NCBI RefSeq assembly: GCF_004010195.1 | Contig: NC_057759.1 | Coordinates: forward strand, 7,181,746 to 7,233,441 | Direction: 5' to 3' | From: Chiloscyllium plagiosum | Lineage: Eukaryota | DNA: 51,696 bases | Part shown: positions 23,754 through 34,379 of the stretch, in pieces | Layout: each line of letters begins with the position of its first letter | How positions within the stretch are numbered: position 1 is the first letter of the stretch | Notes under the pieces: model-generated | What the model was told of the DNA's origin: nothing | Databases searched by the model: none | What the model saw: only the letters and a program-made list of their open reading frames with translations | Made by a program: the position numbers and the translations under genes

Positions 23754-24965
23754 ATGGCTCGTAAAATTGCTAAAGAGGTTCTGGAGTTTGAAGATGATTT
23801 CAACTTTGCCAAGAAAGTTTAGAAGGAAAGAAAACAGGCCATACATTTAGAATTAGCAAAGAATGTGGGTTTGGGTTTAGCGAAGGACAAAAGTAAAGCG
23901 GAATTTTTAAGGCAGTGATCAAACATACAAGTGTGTCAGAGAAACAGGCAAGTGCAGTAGAGATAGAAAAATTTCGAAAACAATTGAAGAAGATGGAGTT
24001 ACTAGATAAACAGAGAGGAAAGAGAGAGAGAGAAGGTTCCTAGCTGAGCGAAGAAAGAGAAAAGAGAGGAGAGAGAAGCGAAGAGAAGGGTAGGGAGGAG
24101 AGGAGAGAGAGGAGACACGAAAGGCAGAGAGGAGAGGAGAGGAGAGAAACAGAAAGAGAGAAAAGGTTCTAAGCTCAGTAAAAAGAGCGAATTTGATCTT
24201 GAGAAGTTGCGACTTAGTCAGTAAAGTCAAGTTAACAAGATGGAGATTAAAAGAGAAGTGTGTGTGTGTGCACGTGTGTGTGTGTGTTTGTGTCTGTGTG
24301 TGTGTAAACTCTGCCACATTTCGATGAGAAACATTTTGAGGCCTTCTGTATTGCATTTGAAAAATTGGCTATGCAGATGGAGTGGTCCGAGGATTTATGT
24401 GTAATGCTAGTTCAGACAAAACTGGTAGCCAGAACTAATGAGGTATTTGTCGCATTTTCAGATGAGGTGTCAACAGATTGCGAAAAAAAAATAGACTCTT
24501 TTAAGTGCTTAAGAATTGGCACTGGAAGCATATAGACAACGTTTCAGAGACACAAATAAGAAACCAGATCTAACATATGTTGAGTTCGAAAGAATTAAAC
24601 AGTCAATCAGTCATTTTGATAGATGGGTGCATGCTTTAAAAATGGATGCCTGAGGCTCTACAAGAGATTATTCTGCTGGAGGAGTTTAAAAACTCACTTC
24701 CAAGGATGGTAGGAATTTACGTGGAGGAACAGCAAGTTCAGGAAGTGAGAAGGGCAGCAGAATTAACAGATGAATGCATGTTTCTGCATAAGACAATCTT
24801 TCAGTCAGAATGTTGCCCTGTAAGGGACAAACGTTGGGAAAAAGGGAGGTCCTACAACATGAAACAGTGGGACACAGAAAATTAGATTGCCGGTGGTTTC
24901 AGAAGGACACTGGGAAAATGTGTCTTTACTGCCATAAGGTGGGACACGTAAAGTCATAGTGCAGG
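23754..24965 (+). pseudogene. gag: gag remnant: charged coiled-coil, capsid/SCAN-like domain, zinc knuckle
   Basis: ATG 23754; FEKLAMQMEW; EAYRQRFR (24525); LQEIILLEEFKNSLPRMVGIYVEEQQVQEVRRAAELTDE; CLYCHKVGHVKS*C (24921-24962); (TG)n at 24258-24305. Confidence 0.85.
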
Positions 24966-25179
24966 TCATTTAAAAAAGGCAATGTGGGAAAGATGCGGTC
25001 AAAGATGCTAAGCCAGTGGCCTTAACGAAGGTAGTAACGTAGACTGCAAGAAGAGCCGAGCCAATGCAGGACAGTGCACAGCCTAGGCAGGAGCTGGGCA
25101 TGGATTTAGTACCTGGTCTGTACAAAGAATTTACCTCTGTGGGTAAAGTTTTCTCAGAAAGAACGGGGGAGAAGAACAA

Positions 25180-25420
25180 GGCGTTATAATTTTGAGAGAT
25201 ACAGAACCTAACAAGTCGCTGATAGTAAGGAATGAGCGAATATGCACTATTTCTGATGTGTTACCCAAGAATATGGTAATTTTGGGGATAGATGGACAAA
25301 GATTTTACATTCCCCTATGTAAGATCAGGTTGGAATCCCACTTCAAGACTGGGGAATATACAGTGTGTGTGATTGACAGAGTGTCAGTTTGTTCTTGAGA
25401 ATGATATGGTAGGATCCAAG
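25180..25420 (+). pseudogene. Aspartic protease remnant
   Basis: ILRDTEPNKSLI, degenerate LRDTGA motif. Confidence 0.75.
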
Positions 25421-25719
25421 TTAGGAGTGATACTTCTTGTTGTGGAGAAGCCCAAAGAAGACCAAGAAACTGAGGAGCTAAAAAATAAATATCTTGGTAT
25501 TTTCCCAGACTATGTAGTAACCAGATCCCACTATCATTAGTAATAGTACGAAGCTAAAACTAAAAGAAACGTTGAAAGAGATGAGGTTCAGTTCACGGAC
25601 TCACTGTTTGATGTAATGGTGCAAGAAAAATCTAAACAGGCAGAGCGTCAGGCAGAAGTGTTTTGTCCTGAAAGGCTAGGAGATTTGCAACAGCAAGACA
25701 AGATGATAAATTGTATATT

Positions 25720-26655
25720 GCCCTGGAATGCACAAAGATGTGGTTAACCTTTGCTGGACATGTCATACATGCTAAATGGTAGTTAAGCCACAGGTGGTAG
25801 TAAAACAAGCAGCTTTGTTGCCAAATCTTGCATTTGATGAACCTTTCATGCGGGTTATAATTGATTGAGTAGGATTCTTCCCGAGAACTAAAAATGGGAA
25901 AAGGAACTTGTTAACCATAATGGATATGTCTACCAGATTTCTGGAGGGAATTCCATTACAGAGTCTCAAGGCAATAAAGGGTAGTAGAGGAGTTAGTAAC
26001 TGTCTACACAAAGTATGGCATACCCAGAGAGATTCAGTCGGATCAAAAGTCAAATTTTACTGCGAAGTTGTTTTGGGAGGTTATGGATAGTGTAGGTATA
26101 CAGCATTTTAAATCCACTGCGTACCATCCTGAAAGTTGGCATCAGACCTTGAGGACCATGTTGAGAGTATATTATCAGGGTTATCCAAAAGTTTGGGATA
26201 ACGGTATCCCAAATGTACTGTTTGCCATGAGATATGCTCCAAACGAATCTATTCAGTTCACTCTCTTTGAGTTAATATTCGGACATGAAGTGGGAGGCCC
26301 TTTGAAATTAAATAATTAAAAATTGTCAGGACCAAAATTGGAGATCTCACTCTTAGATTATGTATCAGAGGTGAGGGAGCAATTAAATTGAGTAGGTGAG
26401 TTAACTAAATAGCACCTAAAGAGAGCACAGTATAGAATGAAGCAGGTGGCCGGAAAAATCTCAGAGACTTGGACGTTTTCCGTAGGGGATGATGTGTTCG
26501 TACTGTTATCAGTGTCAGGAGAGCCCTTAAAAAAACAGAGTTAATGGTCCCTATCAAATTGCGAAAACATTGAGTCAGGTAAAATATCTAGTAAAGATGC
26601 CAGATACAATAAAATCAGTATCGGTTATGTCATACGTGCATCTTGAAACCGTACT
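25720..26655 (+). pseudogene. Integrase remnant
   Basis: CWTCHTC, EPFMRVIID*VG, LLTIMDMSTRFLEGIPL, PREIQSDQ, STAYHPES, FELIFGHEVGGPL, GPYQI. Confidence 0.92.
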
Positions 26656-26829
26656 AGTTGAGAGAGAAAGAACTAGAGAAACAGGTGTTAGTTACTGCCC
26701 CACAAAGTGAGGAATCAAATCCAGGTGATGTGGATTTTGATGTTCCTCAAAATAGGTTTAAAAATGAAAATGTCCTGGGGGAGAGTGATAGGTTCGTCAG
26801 CTACCAGTCTCAAGAGCATAGAACTACAG

Positions 26830-28371
26830 TATAAGGAAATATTTAAGAATCAGATGGGGAGGAATAATGCTATTGTACGTGAAGTAGACATAGGGAATAC
26901 TGCTCCGATAAAACAACACCACTATTGTCTTAATCCTTTCAAAGCCAGACAGGTCTAGAAGGACGTCGAGGCCATGCTCGACAAGCATATCATTGAACCA
27001 AGCCAGAGACAGTGGAGTTCACCGATCGTCTTAGATCCCAATCCGGATCAATAGGACAACACTGTTACAAAATCAGACTCAGACCAAATTTCTAGATTGG
27101 CAGACTATATCGAGAAAGTCAGTCAACCCAGTTGCCTCACCAAGTTGGAATTAATGCGTGGTTACTGTTTGGTACCTATATCAAAGACGGCAAGGAATAT
27201 TTCTGCGTTTGAAACCCCAAATGGGTTATATCAAGTTAAAGTGATGCCCTTTAGAATGAAGAACGCACCCGCCATATTGGAAAGTCTCATTCAGTGTTGT
27301 GGCTGGGTTAACAAAAAGTGCAGTTCATTTGAACGATGCAGTGATTGATAGTAAGTCCTGAAAAGATCACATGGTACAGTTAGCAGAGTTATTTGAATGA
27401 CTACGAGAAGCAAATTGAATTTGCAAAAGTAGTGGGAGCATTCTTGGTACATGACATCGGTCATGGAAGGTTTACTTCACGGAATGCAAAGACAAAGGCC
27501 ATCAAGGAATTTCCATAACCAACGTCAAAGAAAGAGGTGTTTCGATTCCTGGAACTCCTGTTCCAAACTTCAGTTGTGTTATGACACCGATAACGGGTTT
27601 GCTGAAGAAAAACTCGAAGTTTCAGTGGTTAGAACAATGCCAGCAGACATTCAACCATTCAAATCAATACTAGCCGCCAAACCATAACATGCAGTTTAGT
27701 TACACCAATCTTTCCAAAAACTTTAAAGTCGTCATCGATGCTAGTGACATAGGAGTTGCAACAGGTTCTAGATTAGAGTGGTGCTGGAAAAGCACAGCAG
27801 TTCAGGCAGCATCCGAGGAGCAGGAAAAAGCCCTTAATCAGGAATAGAGGCAGAATGCTTGCAGGGTGGAGAGATATTTAGCTCTCCACCCTGCAGGTAC
27901 TCTGCCTCTATTCCCGATGAAGGGCTTTTGCCAGAAACGTCGATTTTCATGCTCCTCGGATGCTGCCTGAACTGCTGTGCTTTTCCAGCACCACTCTAAT
28001 CTAAAATCTGGTTTCCAGCATCTGCAGTCATTGTTTTTACCTAGCTGCATTGCTCAGGAAGTTGAGGATGGAGTTGAGCTGCCAGTTGTATACTTTTCGA
28101 GGAAGCTCAACATCCACCAGAGGAAATGCTCCACGATTGAAAAGGAAATATTGAGTGTGCTACTGGCCTAACAACATTTTATTGTGTATTCACGATCAAG
28201 GTGTCGGAGATGGTTGTGTGCAGGGAACACATTTCTTGCATCCTAAAGACGTTTTCTGACATGAATATGAGACTATTGAATTGCAGTGTGATATTACAGA
28301 CTTTTAATTTTAAAATTGCTCATGTACCTGGTCTTAAAAATGCAATCGCAGATGTGTTATTGTGGATTTAA
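26830..28371 (+). pseudogene. Reverse transcriptase and RNase H remnant, interrupted at 27761-28042
   Basis: PIKQHHY, IIEPSQRQWSSPIVL, SAFETPNGLYQVKVMPFRMKNAPA, IDASDIGV, PVVYFSRKL..STIEKE, HVPGLKNAIADVL. Confidence 0.92.
27761..28042. mobile_element. Near-perfect PLE-derived hairpin inserted in Gypsy RNase H
   Basis: About 110-125 bp arms around ggagag-atatttag-ctctcc; ccgatgaagggcttttgccagaaacgtc; putative TSD agttgca (27754-27760) / agctgca (28043-28049). Confidence 0.88.
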
Positions 28372-28459
28372 CTGAAAGTGTTTTGATGAGATTTGTATTT
28401 ATCCAAAGTTTTTTTATATATAGGTGAGATAAAGAAATTGTAAATAGTTTTTAGTTCAA

Positions 28460-28631
28460 TATTCTCTGTTAGACTTTAAAAAAAAACTTATTAGTTTTTA
28501 CTTCAACTCGTGAGTTTTGGGGCAATTTTTGCCTCTCGAATTTTAACAGATTACAACAAGCGTTAAATCATTTCTGTGTTTCAGGTTTAAATTAGCGGGG
28601 TGGGTGAAGTCGTTTACCCAGTGTCGTAGCA
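28460..28631 (+). repeat. 3' LTR remnant (5' part apparently deleted)
   Basis: Direct repeat of 23408-23569, ends gtgtcgtagca; under 100 bp from RNase H end. Confidence 0.85.
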
Positions 28632-28789
28632 ATATATCCATTTTAATATGCTTGTTAACTTTGTAACAATTCACATTGGTTATTACCGCAGGTTATAAAT
28701 TTAATGTGCTAGTAATCATTGTTCTTATTATATTCAATTCTTTCATACAGTGCAATGCTTTTCACATAGTCCACTTGATCGTCAGCCAG

Positions 28790-29400
28790 GCATTTCTCAA
28801 GGTCTTGCACGCAAGAGGGATGGCGCAGGAAAAAGTTCATCCAAGGAGATTTGGATGATTGACTGAAATGCAAAGCCTGATGATTTAAGAATGCTTTTGT
28901 GACTGAAATACTGTGTCCAGTGGAGTTCTGCAGTGGTCTGTTTTTGGATTCTTGTCATTTGTGGTATATAGAAATGCATAATAAAGATGGGACCGTGGGA
29001 GGTCGAGGATCAGGGGAACCATGGTGTGCATGCCCAACAGTCCATTAAGGTATTCCGATAGAGGAATAAAATGTTTGAAAAGGCATATGGGATGCTGTTT
29101 TATTAGCCGAGGCACAGAATTTATAAGATTATAGTTGGAGTATTTTGTGCAATTCTGGAATCAAGAACTTAGATAAGATAGAAATGAAGGAATGTTTGCC
29201 CTTGTTGAATGGATAAGTAACCGAGATTGGGTGAGGCACAGATTGATAGTCAGATTCAGGTGGTTTCGAGGAGATGAAAGAATACCTTTTCTTCACCCAA
29301 AGTAGATGGAACTCGCAGCGTTTAAGGCTGGTAGAGGCAGAAACCACCATGAAGAAGTATTTCGATGTGCACTCGCGATGCCAAGGCATTCAAGACTATG
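28790..29400 (+). mobile_element. CR1 RT and 3' end, decayed
   Basis: aaggcatatgggatgctg..tttattagccgaggcacagaa, ttggagtattttgtgcaattctgg, ttcacccaaag. Confidence 0.7.
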
Positions 29401-29401
29401 G

Positions 29402-29520
29402 CAAAAGCGAGGACTGCAGATGCTGGAAACCAGAGTTTAGAATAGAGTGGTGTTGGAAAAGCACAGCAGGTCTGGCAGCATCCGAGGAGCAGGAAAATTG
29501 ACGTTTCGGGCAAAAAGCCT
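29402..29520 (-). mobile_element. PLE terminal-repeat fragment
   Basis: gaggactgcagatgctggaaaccagag..gacgtttcgggcaaaaagcc, same family as 27761-28042. Confidence 0.8.
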
Positions 29521-30324
29521 GCTCTGCAATGCTCACATCCGATGAAACAATAGATATTCATGTACAATTTCGGATGTAATCAGGCTTTATTTGTGTAGGA
29601 TTCCTAAATCACAGAGGTGTCAAACTCGAGAGGTAGAACCCAGGACAACACAAAGGGTAAACAGTGAAAGCATACGCAATAGACAGGACTAAGCAATTTA
29701 ACAACAAATTGATCTGATCTGAGCTCTGCAACCCACTACATCTGGCCATGAAGAGTAGTGGACAATTAAATGACGTTTTGCAGGAGCCTCCACATGTATC
29801 ATCCTCCTCAATGATGAGGGAACCTGCATACCAGTGCTACAGGCGAGGTTGAAGTGTTTGGATATTTCCTGCGCTTTCATTACTTTAATTAAATTATTTC
29901 AGTTCCATTCTTCGCTGGAAAACTGCCACCTCCTTTCCAAATATTGGTGGGAATTTCAAATTTGAAAGAAAGCAATTGATGATTTAGCGCCAATTTCCTT
30001 GCCCACCCTCCTTATCCACGTTCATAACTGCAGCTGAGGGACAACAAGTGGAGATAAATGTTACCGAGAATTTCTAATCTCCTCCATGCATGAAGGCCAT
30101 ACTTCAATTATTTTCTGTGATCACAGTTAAAAATCTCAATTTGTAATTTCACTGCTGCTTGCCGAAGATTGACTATAATTAATGTCACACAAATGCATCA
30201 GTTAGTCGCTCGGCACTTTTTCTCGGGCAGATTCAGTTTCATCAAATTACAGCTGTATTAAGCCAGTGTAGCAACAGCAAGACATGGGCTTGTAACAACG
30301 AAATGATGATCGCATAGCGCTTCC

Positions 30325-30362
30325 CGCTCTCTCTGGAGGGTTTAGTGGCTCTGAGAAAAGCT
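30325..30362 (-). terminator. Degenerate histone 3' stem-loop and downstream element (H3)
   Basis: agcttttctcagagcc (30347-30362) versus GGCTCTTTTCAGAGCC, followed by purine-rich cagagagagcg; (GA)n at 30365-30388 between stop and stem-loop. Confidence 0.7.
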
Positions 30363-30420
30363 GGTCTCTCTCTCTCTCTCTCTCTCTCGAGGTGAATGTG
30401 CAGGACCGACCATGCTCCGT

Positions 30421-30831
<411 letters not shown>

Positions 30832-30958
30832 TCTCTTCAACTATCTATAACACACACACGCGCGCGCGCACACACACGCACACAGGCTGCTACTGTCAAT
30901 GCTGAGGCTGCTGCGGTGCTGCCTGTTTCAGGGGAATGGAGAGCGAACTGGAGCTGGG

Positions 30959-31047
30959 ATTGGATACAGCCCTGTCCCTCAACCCACAGAGAAACAGCTC
31001 CGAAAGGTACAGAGAAGGCAGAAAAAGAATTGTTTGAGTCTGATTGG
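30959..31047 (-). promoter_or_regulatory. Two CCAAT boxes upstream of H3
   Basis: attgg at 30959-30963 and 31043-31047; no clear TATA box remains. Confidence 0.5.
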
Positions 31048-31670
31048 TTCACTGGAAATGGCAGTTGGTTGATTTCATGATATCCGCCGAATGCACTGTC
31101 ACAAACCCTGAGATTAAATTAAACATTGAAACACAAATCACCATCTGTCTTCAACTAAGATAAAAGTTTAGACTTTATAGTCATTACTTAAAACCTAGTT
31201 CACAGTCAGTGTGGACCGGAGGCGGGATCATTGTCTGATCGGTCTGTAACAGGCAGGAGGAAAGCACGGGGTTAAAACAGCCCAGACAAACTGAACAACC
31301 GAACGTGTGCCCTCCGTGAATCAACCTAAACAAATCCGCCGAGTTAAACCTATTGAAAGTGAACCGCGATGAAATTACAGAGCCTTACTGTATCGATATA
31401 TTTTATTTCACTCAGATTAGAATCACCTGGAACACACCTTAATTGCTGCCTCAAAGGTCTGTAACAGGTACATGGAAAGGGCAGGCTGTGAAAAATTCCA
31501 CAGGGTCACAGCATCAAAACTCATGAAAGTATCATTTCTGTAAGAGTAAATGAAATACAAAGACTGAATATGTAACATCAGCGTCTGGGTAGAATGACAA
31601 ATGACACGTTAAACAACCGGTTACGGTACACAATCCCCTGGTGGTATGTTCCCTTCCCTTCTTCAGGTCT

Positions 31671-31711
31671 GCGCTCTCTATTGGAGGGTTTGGTTGGCTC
31701 TGAAAAGAGCA
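31671..31711 (-). terminator. Histone 3' stem-loop and downstream element (H4)
   Basis: cccaaa-tgctcttttcagagcc-aacca (31696-31711), one change from consensus; tagagagcg downstream. Confidence 0.85.
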
Positions 31712-31737
31712 TTTGGGTTCGCTGGAAAAGGATCGCT

Positions 31738-32052
31738 TTATCCTCGGCCGCCGAATCCATAGAGGGTGCGGTTTTGGTGATTCAGAGTATACACCACATC
31801 CATGGTGGCGACCGTCTTGCGCTTGGCGTGCTCAGTGTAGGTGACCGCATCCCTGATCACATTCTCCAGCAAAACCTTCAGCACCCCGCGGGTCTCCTCG
31901 TAGATCAAGCCCGAGATGCATTTGACCCCGCCACGGCGAGCCAGGCGGATGGCTGGTTTCGTGATGCCCTGGATGTTATCACGGAGCACTTTGCGGTGCC
32001 GTTTCGCTCCACCTTTTCCCAGGCCTTTTCCTCCTTTGCATCTTCCAGACAT
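31738..32052 (-). pseudogene. H4: Histone H4, open frame but divergent (probable pseudogene)
   Basis: [104 protein letters not shown]; nine substitutions, one codon deleted, two-residue extension. Confidence 0.9.
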
Positions 32053-32105
32053 CACGCTTCTTCACTCCAATTACCGCCGAATGAGAGCCGAGCTGCCTCC
32101 CCTTC

Positions 32106-32142
32106 CTTTTATATACAGGCCGACCGGACCTGACTGAGAAAG
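32106..32142 (-). promoter_or_regulatory. H4 promoter: TATA box and site II-like GGTCC element
   Basis: Minus strand ctttctcagtcaggtccggtcggcctgtatataaaagg. Confidence 0.75.
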
Positions 32143-32304
32143 AGCTGACAGAGAGTGAGTAGCGGGTCCTGAGAGGAAACTGAGTGACAGAAAGAGCAGG
32201 GAAATGGCTTTGTTCATCCAGCTCCGCCTCCAGCTCACACCAGCCCCAACTGTATCTTAGACTGAACCTTTTCTCCCCAAAGCTCACTGTTCCTGACGAG
32301 AGGA

Positions 32305-32314
32305 GCGCATGCGT
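32305..32314. promoter_or_regulatory. NRF1-like palindromic site in GC-rich region
   Basis: gcgcatgcgt versus consensus GCGCATGCGC. Confidence 0.45.
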
Positions 32315-33094
32315 GAGGCCCTTCCCCAGCGCTGCCATTGAGGAGCATTTACTCAGTGAGTGCAAGCTGTTTGCTTGAAACAGACCGCAATGGAGAGATC
32401 AGCGCCCAGGGAAGCGAGGGAACAGCAGGCTCCTTCCAGCAGCATATCGAGATGTGAGCCTGGGGCACTGAGGATACTCCGAGACCGGAATTGAGTCAGG
32501 GTGAGTTCAGGGAGAACCAGGGGCTCTTTGTAAGAGGCCGAGCAGAGCAGGACCTGGTCCCAGAGCTTGCAGTGCTGGGCTGTGGGGAAAGGCAGAGGCC
32601 TTTCTCGGGCTGTGTGTGGGCCTGCTGTGGGAGACAGAGTGCGAACAAGCTGCTATGGATCATTATTGTGGTTTTTAATCGCCGAAACCCCGATGGAAAT
32701 TCCTTGTTTATTGTGTGTTCCACGCTGTTTTTTTGGCAAGGTGCAATGCATTTGGAAAACGTGGTAGTCCCTTAAAGGATGCACATTTGCATCACGAGAT
32801 TAGAAATTTCCAGTAAAGCATTTGTAATAGCGTTTGTTATTCTCTTTAACAGTTAGCTTATTCGGAGCTGGATATTAAACTGTGTGTGTACTTCCGATGC
32901 TTTGATTCACCCCATTGATGGAGCAGTTGTATTGTTGCTCAGTTCAAGGATTTTACTCAATCGATACAGAATTATATTTAAAAAATCACCAAAGAGCAAC
33001 GCATGGCAAAAATGGAATCTGATCCGTGGTTATTTTCGAATTTCTGGCTTGAAGGAAAAAAAGTCATCATGCTGACAACTGAATGTTACATTCT

Positions 33095-33685
33095 CCTCCA
33101 TATTGGGGATACCGGACTCTTATTTGTGGATCAGTTCAGTAAACATAACTGGGACACACGCACGAACCAACCCGACCACCCCATGGCTGAAAACTTTAAC
33201 TCCCCCTCCCACTCCACCAAAGGTATGCAGATCCTGGTCCTCCTCTGCTGCCAAGTCTTACCACCCGAAGCCTGGAGGAACATCTCCTCAACTTCCTCCT
33301 TCGGATTCTCCAACCACATGGGATCAATGTGGATTTCACCAGTTTCCTCATTTTCCCTCTCCCCACCTTATCCGAGATCCAAACTTCCAACTCAGCACCG
33401 ATCATTTCACCTGTCTTACCTGTCCATCTTTCTTCCCACCTATCTTCTCCACTATCCTCTCCAAAGTATCACCCTCACATTCAATTTCATCACATTCTCA
33501 GCTAGCCTACCCCCAGCTCACCACCTCCATTTATCTCTCTGTCCCCTTGAGCCACCCCCTCATTCCTGATTTATGATCGAAACATCAATTCTCCTGCTCC
33601 TTGGATGCTTCCTGACCGGCTGTGTTTTTATATCACCACAATCTTCGACTCTAATCTCCCACATCTGCTTCGCTCAAATTCTCCC
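33095..33685 (+). mobile_element. Penelope-like element 3' end (GIY-YIG C-terminus plus pLTR)
   Basis: LLHIGDTGLLFVDQFSKHNWDTRTNQPDHPMAENFNSPSHS..LQPHGINVDFTSF; followed by cattcctgat..gaaacatcaattctcctgctcc terminal repeat. Confidence 0.88.
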
Positions 33686-33764
33686 TGTGACATTGATCAG
33701 TTCAATTCTGTCAAATTCACTAATGTTGATTTAAAAAAGACATATTTCTTCTGTCTTCCTCCAG

Positions 33765-33846
33765 GCAAATACTTGGAGGACCTAGACAATATAATATTCC
33801 CTCGGTAGAGAGCCAAGTGTGACCGGCTTCTTCGAACAAAGAGCAG
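33765..33846 (+). other. Candidate non-coding internal exon (82 nt)
   Basis: Acceptor tttcttctgtcttcctccag, donor cag/gtatgt; stops in all three frames. Confidence 0.4.
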
Positions 33847-34379
33847 GTATGTTACCGTTGTCAGAGCAGAAAACATCCTTTCCATAGTCACGGAGTGGAT
33901 TGAGTCAGAGACACATTGACCCCAACTCCCAGAAAGATTTATTCAAACCAAATCAACCACTACCAAGCAATTTCAAGATTGTGTTTTTTTTCTCCATTCA
34001 CAATGCATACTATCCCGGATCAAGTAAATTTCATAATTTATAGTGTGCACCATTTCTCAGAAGGGACAGACCGAATCCTCATCTGAAATCGACGCTTGAT
34101 TACGTTAAGTGTCATTTAATAAGGGCATTTATAATATTGCCATCAAGGTCAACAGATACATCATGCTGTTATATCTTTTCAACAAACTTATGTTGGGTAA
34201 ATGTAAAATATGGAGAAAGAAGAAAAGTGCTGGCAGACGGGACAAGAATCATCAATGTAAAGGGTGAGTATTTTTCAGTAACTGAGAGGCACAGAATCAA
34301 TCCTACAACTAATCATTGTTATGCACATAGAAACAACGTGTAAATAACGTGAATTCTAAAAAGAAAAACTGTGCCAAAG

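Larger units (their letters stand above)
23408..28631 (+). mobile_element. Gmr1-like Gypsy LTR retrotransposon, degenerate (gag-PR-IN-RT-RH)
   Basis: Two LTR remnants, PBS, SCAN-like gag, CCHC knuckle, protease, integrase located upstream of RT and RNase H; many stops and frameshifts. 5' LTR probably starts further left than 23408. Confidence 0.93.

Noticed and set aside
23919..24356. 145-aa Leu/Ser/Phe-rich ORF resembling a membrane protein
   Set aside because: Antisense of the purine-rich gag coiled-coil and a (TG)n tract
31080..31600. H2A/H2B remnants between H3 and H4
   Set aside because: No histone-like translation seen on either strand
31594..32133. 179-aa plus-strand ORF
   Set aside because: Antisense shadow of H4
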